A DNA stretch of 63,249 bases, the filler included, from Octopus bimaculoides (lineage: Eukaryota), in assembly GCF_001194135.2 (NCBI RefSeq). It is 5 parts of 5 records of this genome, joined end to end, with 100 filler letters (N's around TTAATTAATTAA, not from the genome) between each part and the next. Parts side by side here need not be neighbours in the genome. Positions count along the whole stretch, not along the records: positions 14,510 to 28,653 come from NC_068986.1; 4 more parts are not named here. One strand, written 5' to 3'. Within the stretch, counting starts at the first letter, position 1, and each line of letters begins with the position of its first letter. The notes below the pieces were generated by a model. That model was not told the DNA's origin, ran no database searches, and was given only the letters and a program-made list of their open reading frames with translations. Positions 14,510-27,129 of this stretch are shown here, one piece after another. A program made the position numbers and the translations under genes.

Positions 14510-15904
14510 TTCTCGGGGATATTCAGCGTGACACAGTGTGGCAAGGCTGACCCTTTGAAATACAGCTACAACAGAAACAGGAAAAAAGAGTGAGAGAAAG
14601 TTGTGGTGGAAGAGTACAGCAGGGTTCGCCACCATCCTCTGCCGGAGCCTCGTGGAGCTTTAGATGTTTTCGCTCAATAAACACTCACAACGCCCGGTCT
14701 GGGAATCGAAACCGCGATCCTATGACCGCGAATCCACTGCCCTAACCACTGGGCCATTGCGTCTCCACACATACATACATACATACATACATACACACAT
14801 AAAGGCAGGCAGGTAGATAGGCAGACAGAAAAACAGACAAAGAAACAGACATACAGACAGACAGTTAGATAGATAGAGAGAAGGATAGAAGTATATGTGT
14901 TTGTGCATATGTGCATATGTTCGAATGCGCGTGTGTGAGTGTGTGCATGCGTATGTATGTGTATGTGTGCGCGCATGTACGTAATGCAAGATAAAAAATT
15001 TGGTCATTCTATTAATAAGAACTCGTCTTACCGAAAGTAAGCGTCTCATTTCAGCTAGGTCGACATTTCCATTCATCAATATTTTTTCCAAGATGATTTT
15101 CCGTAAAGAAGTCATACACTCCACTTTTTCTTGGTACGTCATTTTCGGCTCGACCGCTATGGAACTTGATGACATTATTTCTTCTAGTATTCCCCAACTG
15201 TCAGTCTAAATAGATTGTACAAAATGAATCTAAAATCCCTTAGAAATCATTTATGAATTCAACATTACGATAAGTAAATATAATCCTTTCTACCATAGAC
15301 ACAAGGCCTGAAATTTGGGGGTGGGGAGGGAGCTAGTCGATTAGATCGACCCAGTACGCAACTGGTACTTAATTTATCGAGCCCGAAAGGATGAAAGACA
15401 AAGTTGACCTCGGCGGAATTTGAACTCAGAACGTAAAGACAGACGAAATGACGGTAAGCATTTTCCCCGGCGTGCTATCGTTTCTGCTAACCCTCCGCCT
15501 TCATACGTAAATATAATGAGATCGATAAAATGAATATCAGGTTAGGTTCTGGCGTCAACATAATTGACTTATACTCCTGAAGGTGTAGTTACGAGGAAAT
15601 GTCTGAAACTAGAAAAAGAATTACTGCATATATTTTATGATGTCGAGGATTTGTTAATTACCTATGGGACCATAATTCCAATGTTAGCTACTTGTGTTTA
15701 GGCAATATCTCTTCAAACATCACACACTGCAGTATATGGACACACCTGCACAATTCGCAACACAGAGCCTAATCCTACCAACTGCCTACAGGAAGAATCC
15801 TACCTCTGAAAGGCTGTAGTTTTTATATCTACCTTCATGCTCCAGCATAGCCGCAGCCCTATGATTGAAACCATTAAAAGAATAAAAGAATCTGATGGCA
15901 TCAC

Positions 15905-16575
15905 AAATACTATATTACTATAGCATTAATTTAGGCCCTATCCACTACTGTTCCTCCCTCCACCCTCCACAATGTGAACTTATTCTTTTCCCACTTTTTA
16001 TAAAGACAGCTCCTCGCCACCAGCTCCTCGCCACCAGCTCCTGCTCCATAGATATTTCCAACTACCTCTTTCCACTCTCATTACGAACAGGAATTCCATA
16101 TTTTCCTACTACATTTTCTACATTATCATTTCCCACTCACGCATACAAATTACCTAACACCGCCGCATAACCACTTTCCCCTACCCTATCCACACACTCT
16201 GACAGTCCCTTCCAGAAATCCTCTACTTCTTCTTCACTCCCTGCACCATATGCACTAAAAAAACACTCACATCTCTCCTCTCCACATTATCTAAATCCAC
16301 ATTAACCTTGAAGACACTTCCCTCCACTCAACCACACTCTCCTTCACATGCTCACTCACCAGCAATGCCACTCCCTCATGAGCCCTCCCCTTTCCCACTA
16401 TCGGCACACCTCCAGTCACATCACCAAGCAGGTACTCTCCCTTACCTTTCCTCTTAGTTTCGCTCAGTGCCAGCACATCCATCCTTCTCCTATCTCTCTC
16501 ATCTTTACCTCACTTGTGCTACACCCACGCACATTCCATGACCCTAGTACTAGGGTAAGATTAGTTGTCAACCTT
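15905..16575 (-). mobile_element. 5' part of an RTE-clade LINE: APE endonuclease only, decayed
   Basis: Motifs LGSWNVRG, DVLALSETKRKGKGE, RAHEGVALLVS, SRLMWI, FFSAYG, VLGNLYA*VG and GKYGIPVRNESG. It contains a 14-bp tandem duplication at about 16008-16035. Confidence 0.85.
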
Positions 16576-17521
16576 TCCCCCTTGACCCCTTGTCTTTTTA
16601 GGAATATGAAATTACTAAGGGGAGCGGATTCCCACTCCCTTCACTTCCGCCCCTTTTAGCCGCCTCTTACGCCAAACAGGAAATACGGCGACTGCATTCT
16701 ACCGGTCCCACACCACCAGTCACGGTAGGGTGCTAGTTAACTCATAGCTGGCACCCTTATAAGGTGATACCACTCCGGGCTAAGTGTAGAACTGAGAAGA
16801 ATAGTGGCTAAGAGGTGGTTCCACAGTCCTCAAACCATGAAACCAGGACCCCACGGTCCCACTATCGAGCACAGAAAATGAGCTACGAAAATAACTTAGA
16901 GTAGTCGTTATCGTGTATTTGAACCATATATACGACAGGCTTCTTTGAGTTTCCGTCTACCAAATCCACTCACAAGGCTTTGGTCGGCCCGAGGCTATAG
17001 TAGAAGACACTTGCCCAAGGTGCCACGCAGTGGGACTGAACCCGGAACTATGTGGTTGGTAAACAAGCTACTTACCATNNNNNNNNNNNNNNNNNNNNNN
17101 NNNNNNNNNNNNNNNNNNNNNNNNNNNNNNNNNNNNNNNNNNNNNNNNNNNNNNNNNNNNNNNNNNNNNNNNNNNNNNNNNNNNNNNNNNNNNNNNNNNN
17201 NNNNNNNNNNNNNNNNNNNNNNNNNNNNNNNNNNNNNNNNNNNNNNNNNNNNNNNNNNNNNNNNNNNNNNNNNNNNNNNNNNNNNNNNNNNNNNNNNNNN
17301 NNNNNNNNNNNNNNNNNNNNNNNNNNNNNNNNNNNNNNNNNNNNNNNNNNNNNNNNNNNNNNNNNNNNNNNNNNNNNNNNNNNNNNNNNNNNNNNNNNNN
17401 NNNNNNNNNNNNNNNNNNNNNNNNNNNNNNNNNNNNNNNNNNNNNNNNNNNNNNNNNNNNNNNNNNNNNNNNNNNNNNNNNNNNNNNNNNNNNTATACAC
17501 ACACATATACATATACATACA

Positions 17522-17597
<76 letters not shown>

Positions 17598-18417
17598 ACG
17601 GGCTTCTTTCAGTTTCCGTCTACTAAATCCACTCACAAGGCCTTGGTCGGCCCGCGGCTATAGTAGAAGACACTTGCCCAAGGTGCCACGCAGTGGGACT
17701 GAACCCGGAACTATGTGGTTGGTAAACAAGCTACTTACCATACACCCATTCCTGCGATAGACACCTACGTACATACATACATACAAATATATATTTATAC
17801 ATATCTACTTATACGTACAGACATGCACACACTTCAATATTCTTCTTGTTCTCTCTCTCCTCCTCCTCCTCCTCATCATCATCATTATCATAAACAACAA
17901 CAGTACAGAAAAATAATTCAAAGCAAACTTACTTCTACGCTGGGTGGTCTGCCGTTCCTAATAGAGACCTGCGATGGTTCAGCACTAATACTTATTTCCT
18001 GTACGCCATATTCATCCTCTCGTGATTCCGTTATTTTCGACTCAACGGTAGAATAATTTTTAATAACATTCTTATCAATGTTTATATCGTGGAAATTATC
18101 TATAATGGAGTTCATTCTGCTATGTTATACTTTTTACTTTTCAATGATATTTTATCATCCCTTACTTAAAAATATTCCATTAAATCCTTTCTATTTTCCT
18201 CTTCCAGTTTTTATTTTTCCATGTTTTTTTTTTGTTGTTGTTTTGTTCTTTTTTCTTTGAATAACTATAAACAACTGAGCTGATAGTTCGAATCGTGGCG
18301 AAATCAGGACTGTAATTGGTAGATAAGAACAAGAAAGATTAAATGTTAGGAAAGAAAGATAAATTTATAATACATAATGTGCATAAGGCATCATACAGGC
18401 AAAGACATACATATACT

Positions 18418-18787
18418 ACGGCACTCATTCGATTACGACGACGTAGGTTCCAGTTGATCCAATCAACGGACAGCCTGCTCGTGAAATTAACGTGCAAGTG
18501 GCAGAGCACTCTACAGATACGTGTACCCTTAACGTAGTTCTCGGGGATATTCAGCGTGACAAGGCTGACCCTTTGAAATACAGGTACAACAGAAACAGGA
18601 AGAAAGAGTGAGAGAAAGTTGTGGTGAAAGAGTACAGCAGGGTTCACCACCATCCCTTGCCGGAGCCTCGTGGAGTTTTAAATGTTTTCGCTCAGTAAAT
18701 ACTCACAACGCCCGGTCTGGGAATCGAAACCGCGATCCTATAACCACAAGTCCGCTGCCCTAACCACTGGGCCATTGCACCTCCGCA
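18418..18787 (-). mobile_element. tRNA-head SINE family C
   Basis: Head GCAATGGCCCAGTGGTTAGGGCAGCGGAC...GGTTTCGATTCC. Other copies are 14510-14769 (-) and 19424-19742 (+, CAA tail); the latter forms an inverted pair with this copy across a gap. Confidence 0.85.
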
Positions 18788-20042
18788 CATACATATACTA
18801 ATACACATATAAACAAGTACAAGNNNNNNNNNNNNNNNNNNNNNNNNNNNNNNNNNNNNNNNNNNNNNNNNNNNNNNNNNNNNNNNNNNNNNNNNNNNNN
18901 NNNNNNNNNNNNNNNNNNNNNNNNNNNNNNNNNNNNNNNNNNNNNNNNNNNNNNNNNNNNNNNNNNNNNNNNNNNNNNNNNNNNNNNNNNNNNNNNNNNN
19001 NNNNNNNNNNNNNNNNNNNNNNNNNNNNNNNNNNNNNNNNNNNNNNNNNNNNNNNNNNNNNNNNNNNNNNNNNNNNNNNNNNNNNNNNNNNNNNNNNNNN
19101 NNNNNNNNNNNNNNNNNNNNNNNNNNNNNNNNNNNNNNNNNNNNNNNNNNNNNNNNNNNNNNNNNNNNNNNNNNNNNNNNNNNNNNNNNNNNNNNNNNNN
19201 NNNNNNNNNNNNNNNNNNNNNNNNNNNNNNNNNNNNNNNNNNNNNNNNNNNNNNNNNNNNNNNNNNNNNNNNNNNNNNNNNNNNNNNNNNNNNNNNNNNN
19301 NNNNNNNNNNNNNNNNNNNNNNNNNNNNNNNNNNNNNNNNNNNNNNNNNNNNNNNNNNNNNNNNNNNNNNNNNNNNNNNNNNNNNNNNNNNNNNNNNNNN
19401 NNNNNNNNNNNNNNNNNNNNNNNGAGCGTTGTGAGTGTTTATTGAGCGAAAACACTTAAAGTTCTACGAGGCTCCGGCAGGGAGTGCTGGATGGCGAACC
19501 CTGCTGTACTCTTACTCCACAACTTTTTCTCACTCTTACTTCCTGTTTCTGTTGTGCCTGTAATTCAAAGGGTCAGCCTTGTCACACTGTGTCACGCTGA
19601 ATATCCCCGAGAACTACGTTAAGGGTACACGTGTCTGTGGAATGCTCAACCACTTGCACGTTAATTTCACGAGCAGGCTGTTCCGTTGATCGGATCAACT
19701 GGTACCCTCGACGTCGTAAGCGACGGAGTGCCAACAACAACATATATGCATGTAAATGTACATATCAACGGCTTTTCTTGTTTGTTGTAGAGGACCTGGA
19801 TCTCTTCCTCGGGGGAGATTCTGTCCAATGTATCATAGAATGTTTATGAGGGAGCCTAGCAGTTGTCCCTACATATAATCTCCCCTCTTTATGATACTAG
19901 TGTCGTCCAGGCTAAAGGTCAGGTCAATTTGTCTAGTAATCAACAACTTCAACCACCTCGCTTTCAAAATGCAAAGAAGCAGTAGTCATGCCATCCAAAC
20001 ACTAGCAATCTAACAATTCCTTGACTAGAACTGCTTCTTTAT

Positions 20043-20258
20043 AAGGCGGCGAGCTGGCAGAATCGTTAGCACGCCGGACGAATTGCTTAGCGGTATTTCG
20101 TCTGCCGTTACGTTCTGAGTTCAAACTCTGTCGAGGTCGACTTTGCCTTTCATCCTTTCGGAGTCGACAAATTCAGTACCAGTGAAACTCTGGACTTGGT
20201 GTAATCGACTAGTCCCCTTCCCACAAATTTCAGGCCATGTGGCTATGGTAGAAAAGAA
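20043..20258 (+). mobile_element. tRNA-head SINE family A, best-preserved copy (ATT-tailed)
   Basis: Head GGCGAGCTGGCAGAATCGTTAGC...GAGTTCAAA and body ending GGCC.TGTG.CTAT.GTAGAAA. Other copies lie at about 1603-1715, 5275-5480, 15270-15505, 20620-21180 (three), 38208-38330, 43800-44020, 51760-51990 and 58330-58405. Confidence 0.85.
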
Positions 20259-21728
20259 CTGCTTCTTTATCAATTCAGAAAAACTAGAGACGGTCTCGAT
20301 TGAATTTGAACTCAGAACTCAGAACACAGTTCGTTAGAAGAAAAACTAGTACAAATCAATTTGAGCCCTGTACCCAGTTCTTTTTTTATCATTCTCAAGG
20401 CACTTATTATTGCAAGGATTTCTATTTCAGCCCCTACCCGTCATTTTCCGGTTATCTCTATTTTCAGGTCCTTATATTTGGATTTCTCCATTTCTTTGAG
20501 AGAAGCATAATCTGTTGGGACTCAGATCTAATTTTAATATATATATAAGTTGCATTTGATTTGTACTTATAAATTGTTATATATACTTATATTTCAGTTT
20601 TTAATATTATCTATTTAAAATCAAGCGGCGAGCAAGCGGTTTTGTCAGCACGCTGGGAAAATTGTTTGGAGGTATTTCCGCCGAAGGTGACCTTGCCTTT
20701 CATCCTTTCAGAATCGATAAAATAAGTATCAGTTGAGTAGTGGACTCGCTGTTATCGACTTCCTCCTCCCCGAAATTGCTAGCCTTGTGCCAAAATTTGA
20801 AATCAATATTATTTATTTAAAATAAATCAGTGAACTGGCTGAATCGTTAGCACACGGTGCAAAATGTTTAACTCTATTCTGTCCGTCTTTGCGTCATGAG
20901 TTCAAATTCTGCCGAGGTTGACTTTGTTTTCATCCCCTTTCTGGTTCGATAAAATAAGTACCAGTCAAGCACTGGGGTTGATGCAATCAACTAGGAATAT
21001 TATTTATTTAAAACAGATCTTTTACAATAATATAAATATATTTTTCTATCATAGGCACAAGGCTCGAAATTTTGGGAGACGGTGAGAGCCAGTCGATTAG
21101 ATCGACCTCAGTTCACAACTGGTATTTAATTTATCGACCCCGAAAGGGTGAAAGGTAAAGTGGACCTCGGCGGAATTTGAATATATCGTTTGAGGATTCA
21201 TTTGTTATGTCGTTATTTAAATAATTTGGTAAGTACTAGTTGAAGCTTGTATAGACTATATATCGATCAGAAGAGATTTTTTCTTGATGTTCTGTGACAA
21301 AAGAGATCAGGCTCCCTTGATGTCTTTGTCTACAGGTTTTGAGGACCTTTATTAGTATTAGCCTACCATCTCTTCCATAACTTTCGGTGTATGTAGATCC
21401 CAATTTTGTAAATTTACTTGGTTGAAACTTGGCAACCAAAGACTATGTCGTAAATTGTTTATTCTCTCTGGCCCCGTATTCTGGAGTTACATATGTGTTC
21501 TGCTTCATTATATACTTTTGGCGGTTTCTTTTTTCTTTTAATTTTTTTTTTCTTTAGGTGGGGCAGATTTGATAATGCTGACCAAGACTGGACCGCCAGA
21601 GACTAAAAAGCTTTCTAAATTTTATCCGCTTCCACATACACTGTAGCGATTGTGGTCTAGACCCGTTTCGTGTTATTCAGTAGTTTCAGTTGCGAAAGCT
21701 TTGATTCTGTACTACAATCAAGAATTTA

Positions 21729-21766
<38 letters not shown>

Positions 21767-21904
21767 TATTATTATTATTGTTATTATTATTATTAGTAGT
21801 AGTAGTAGTATGTTTATTATTAATATCATCATCATCGTTATCATCATCATCGTTATCTTCATAATCTTTACTATGATATATAGCGATATATGTAATACAG
21901 CACA

Positions 21905-21975
<71 letters not shown>

Positions 21976-24410
21976 GTGTGCGTGTGGGAAACCTTTAACT
22001 TTTATCTCTCACTTTTTTCAGTCATTCGGTTGTGGCCATGATGAAGCATCGCCTTCAGAGATTTAATCGAACAAATCAACCCCCCAGTATATACTTTTAA
22101 CATTTACATGTGTGTGGGAGGGAGAGGGTATTCGATAGGCTTCCACATTGTTTCCATCAACCAAATCCACCGGTCCGAGGCTATAGTAGAAGACATTTGC
22201 CCTAAGTACCTCGCAGTGGAACTGAACCCCAAAGGACATGGTTGCAAGGCGAGCTTCATAACCACACAATCATACGCCATATGCCAGTCAAGTGTTTTAT
22301 AAAAGCTTTTCTTTTCAGAATACAGTCCGATTACGAACAAAACAACAATGCTTCTTTGAGTCACATCACTTCCAGGATCTGTGAATACGAAAGTGTATAT
22401 TTACATATCTATCAGTGTGTGAGGTTATTCGGCATTGTGTCTACGCAAATGTCTTTGCACGTGTATTATTAGTAACCGGGTGTGTTCAAGTCTAATTACA
22501 TATGTGTATACGTCTTTTCTGTATGTATATATGATGGTGTGTATATATTCCTTTTAAGGACTTGTATTTAGAATATTTAGAATACTTTGAAATTTTTTCT
22601 TTGTATCCGTCAGACAGTTTCTTTTGTTCTTTTATGGAAAACCCAGCTTTTGATGACATTCGTGTAAAATGGTTGTTACCGTTGCCCTCAGCACTTATGG
22701 TAATATTTAAAAATTATAAATGTATAGATAGGATACGATAGCCGGAGGTTTAGATGTATGTTTGTATGTAGCCATGGATGTACGTATATAATTATATGTC
22801 TGCTTATGTACTCATGTATGTATATATGTGTGAGTGTTTTGTGTTTGTGTGTTTGTGCATGTGTATGTATGTGTGCTTGTACATGTGTATGTAAGTGTGT
22901 GTATGTGTGTGTGTGCATTTGTGTGTGCGTGTGTACTCTTCTTGATTAGTGAGTGTCAAGAAACATGTCTCTTTCAATGGATGTAAGACATCAGCTAAAC
23001 GAGAATTCGCCGCCATTTCCTTTCAGTTTGATGTTTCTCCTTTATTTTTTTTTTTGCTCCGTCCCCTACTCTCATACAAAAATAATGACAAAAATAATAA
23101 AAATGAGCAAGCACCAGAACTTATGATGTCGTTATATACTCCCTTCTATTAAGTAAAGTGTTCGGCAACTCTCAACAAAAAAAAAAAGGCTTGAAATTTT
23201 CAAAATATATTTATAAGCACTAAATAAGGATTGTTATGAAAATATGTAAACTATATATGAAATATTTACTTCTTGCAACGAAAATTGTATCCGAATTGGG
23301 TAAATTTACACCGGCCTGAAAATTACTATAACAAAACAATTTTCAGGGGTAATAGGTGTTTGTTGAAACGGAAGGTTGTGGATTTTTTTCTTATCGAAGT
23401 ACGATAAATTGAAAAGAGTTCTTTATATTTAACGGTAGAGTACTAGGGTTGCCGGGTATGCGAATAAGAATACAAAAGTTAGGGAATGGAGTGGATAAGA
23501 TCCGGGTTACATATGCTTCATAGCGAGCGGAGCCTCGGAAGTGGTAAATATCCAAGTGAGGTGTGTACCAGAGGCTACTCTTCAGGCCAAGGATATCTTG
23601 ATTAAATGAAAGTTTACATTGTCGCCAGAAGGTTCGTGTTAACACATGGAAGATTCAATCAGAATGTGTCGTGCAAACATTTTTTTATGTGTGCATGTAT
23701 ATATGTATGTTATGTATGTATTTATGCATGCATATATGTATGTATAATGTAGGTAGGTAGGTAGGTAGGTAGGATTCACAAAAAAACAACAGATGAAGAC
23801 AGGTGGTGTAAACAACAGATGGATCTATTAGTATAACGCTCGGTAATTGAGAAAGTCTTTAACGTTTCGAGCCTACGCTCTTCCACAGAAAGGAACACAG
23901 AAAGAAACAAGAAGAGAAACAAGGAGAGAAAAAAATGTGTGTATCTATCATGATTGTATGTATTTATGTATGCATGTATGCATGTAAATATCTATATCTG
24001 TATGTCACGTATGTATGTATGCATGCATATATGTATGCATGTTTGTATGTGTGTGTATGTATGTTTGTACGTATATAGATGCATGTATATAATCCCTACA
24101 AGGTATTGAAACATCGGGTCGTTGATCACTAAACCAGAAATATCACTAACACTGCTTGATGAAGGTTTTCATATATCATGAAGGATGAAAATCGATGCCT
24201 ATCAAATACCGGACTCTCTAACGACTCTACCTGGGTCATTTCATGCATTTTCTGTATTTCTGTGGCTGGATTATTGCAAAAATGACTTAATTTATTTATG
24301 TAATAAACTACATCGGATTATAATAAACTTTTGTAAAATATAGCTAGATTTAGCAGATATTTAGAATGTAGACCAGTGGCTGCTATATTTATTAAATGTG
24401 TCCAGCACAT

Positions 24411-24815
24411 ACTCTTACTCTTTTACTCTTTTACTTGTTTCAGTCATGTGACTGCAGCCATGCTGGAGCACCGCCTTTAGTCGAGCAAATCGACCCCAGG
24501 ACTTATTCTTTGTAAGCCTAGTACTTATTCTATTGGTCTCTCTTTGCCGAACCGCTAAGTTACGGGGACGTAAACATACCAGCATCGGTTGTCAAGCGAT
24601 GTTGGGGGTATAAACACAGACACAAAAAACACACATATATATACATATATATGACGGGCTTCTTTCAGTCTCCGTCGACCAAATCCACTCACAAGGCTTT
24701 GGTCGGCCCGAGGTTATAGTAGAAGACACTTGCCCAAGGTGCCACGCAGTGGGACTGAACCCGGAACCATGTGGTCGGTAAGCAAGCTACTTACCACACA
24801 GCCACTCCTGCGCCT
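24411..24815 (-). mobile_element. tRNA-head SINE family B, full length (internal microsatellite, TAAAAGAG tail)
   Basis: Box A TGGCTGTGTGG, box B GGTTCAGTCC, and CORE-like CCTTGGGCAAG. Other copies or fragments lie at 1977-2303, 5850-5980, 16938-17078, 17597-17745, 22010-22275, 33642-33797, 33925-34175, 38960-39325 and 46850-46980. Confidence 0.88.
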
Positions 24816-24950
24816 ATCTCCATATTACTTTCACTTCACCTATTTGATCTTCAATTGCTAATTTGTTAGACTTGCGATAGTCTTTAAAGCATTAGTGTAT
24901 ATATGTATATAAGTTTGTTATTTACGATTGCATATGAATGTATACATACA

Positions 24951-24984
<34 letters not shown>

Positions 24985-26454
24985 GCTACACATAGACAGA
25001 CATNNNNNNNNNNATATATATATATATATATATATACATACATTCATATGTATACATATATGCACATACATATATTCATATTTATCTATACATGTATGTG
25101 CATAGATACATGTGTATAGATAAATATAAATATAGGTATGTACGTATGTGCCTATTTGTATACCTATAAGCGTGTATGTATATACATATATAAATACACA
25201 TGTATGTGTTTATATGTATACACAGATATCTTCATACTTATATTAGGATATGTATGCATATAGTGAATACATTTGTTTGTATTTATAAATGATACATGCA
25301 AACAAATGTATAAATATCAATTTGTAATTTTTGTTTTCAGAAAATATACAAAACATTATGAATTTGAAATGTGGATATAGGAAACCATGATAATGCAAGA
25401 TATTATTTTCTAATATAATAAATATTATTTATATTCTTAAAAGTAAATATCCCATTGTCATGGCTTCTTTCATTTTAATTTCAAATTAACAATACGACAT
25501 TATTTCTTTTTAAATATAAATATTCAACGGCATATATTAATCTAGGATTCAGAAAAAACACCCGGGTAAAACCAAAGCTGATAAGAAATAAAACTTGAGT
25601 AAAGTGACAGGCACAGTTTGAGAATCTTAATTCATTCNNNNNNNNNNNNNNNNNNNNNNNNNNNNNNNNNNNNNNNNNNNNNNNNNNNNNNNNNNNNNNN
25701 NNNNNNNNNNNNNNNNNNNNNNNNNNNNNNNNNNNNNNNNNNNNNNNNNNNNNNNNNNNNNNNNNNNNNNNNNNNNNNNNNNNNNNNNNNNNNNNNNNNN
25801 NNNNNNNNNNNNNNNNNNNNNNNNNNNNNNNNNNNNNNNNNNNNNNNNNNNNNNNNNNNNNNNNNNNNNNNNNNNNNNNNNNNNNNNNNNNNNNNNNNNN
25901 NNNNNNNNNNNNNNNNNNNNNNNNNNNNNNNNNNNNNNNNNNNNNNNNNNNNNNNNNNNNNNNNNNNNNNNNNNNNNNNNNNNNNNNNNNNNNNNNNNNN
26001 NNNNNNNNNNNNNNNNNNNNNNNNNNNNNNNNNNNNNNNNNNNNNNNNNNNNNNNNNNNNNNNNNNNNNNNNNNNNNNNNNNNNNNNNNNNNNNNNNNNN
26101 NNNNNNNNNNNNNNNNNNNNNNNNNNNNNNNNNNNNNNNNNNNNNNNNNNNNNNNNNNNNNNNNNNNNNNNNNNNNNNNNNNNNNNNNNNNNNNNNNNNN
26201 NNNNNNNNNNNNNNNNNNNNNNNNNNNNNNNNNNNNNNNNNNNNNNNNNNNNNNNNNNNNNNNNNNNNNNNNNNNNNNNNNNNNNNNNNNNNNNNNNNNN
26301 NNNNNNNNNNNNNNNNNNNNNNNNNNNNNNNNNNNNNNNNNNNNNNNNNNNNNNNNNNNNNNNNNNNNNNNNNNNNNNNNNNNNNNNNNNNNNNNNNNNN
26401 NNNNNNNNNNNNNNNNNNNNNNNNNNNNNNNNNNNNNNNNNNNNNNNNNNNNNN

Positions 26455-26666
26455 GTGGATGTTACTGTTGCTTTTAGCCCCAGGAGGACATCTCCTCCAG
26501 CTGGCTTATCGACACAGTGTCGATAAGCCAGCTGGAGGAGATATCCTCCTGGGGCTAAAAGCAACAGTAACATCCACCCCTAGGGGTCAGCCACACTTAA
26601 GTGGCAATATACTACACTTTATCGTGTAGTTACTTTTAATACTTCATTTAGAGAATTAACATTGCT
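26455..26666 (+). repeat. Second copy of the structured repeat, starting with a 61-bp-arm fold-back palindrome
   Basis: Arms 26455-26515 and 26517-26577, 1-nt spacer, one mismatch (26489/26543). The downstream sequence matches 48669-48790. Confidence 0.85.
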
Positions 26667-27082
26667 ATATATATATAATTTAGAGAAAAGAACCAAAGTT
26701 CATGAACTCGTCCATGAAAATCCACACTCACATAGAAAAATTTAATAAATAAATACACTAAAAAGAACTATAATAAAATGCAAAGTAATAATCATTCAAA
26801 TAATAAAACCACTACACGCGTTTCGTAACCAAATTTTTAAATAGAAAATAATATATATATATATATATAATAAAAAAAGAATATATATATATATTGTGTG
26901 AGTGCATGTGTGTGTGTATGTGTGTGTGTGTGTGTGTGTAGACACACAATCGCGCTCAAATTCGTTTATCTACATATTTTTGATAACCAAAAATTGAAAC
27001 TACGTAAAGCACAGTATATAAAATTTGGTTATTTTCAGCAAATACCATATATATATATACATGCACGCATACATACATACAT

Positions 27083-27129
<47 letters not shown>

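Noticed and set aside
14690-14769. tRNA-like sequences at SINE heads
   Set aside because: They have Pol III A/B boxes but no complete cloverleaf and run into SINE bodies, so they are not tRNA genes.
16938-17745. Tandem SINE B heads on both sides of a gap
   Set aside because: Near-identical copies flanking Ns could be an assembly duplication, so they were not treated as a biological tandem.
19750-20040. Possible L1/Tx1 C-terminal remnant on the minus strand; similar faint RTE/CR1 traces at 8300-8720, 27850-28050 and 40490-40700
   Set aside because: Only short motif hints across stops, too weak to call without a profile search.
26810-26835. Minus-strand CGAAACGCGT motif typical of pLTR hammerheads
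   Set aside because: The upstream core is absent and position 17 is G.
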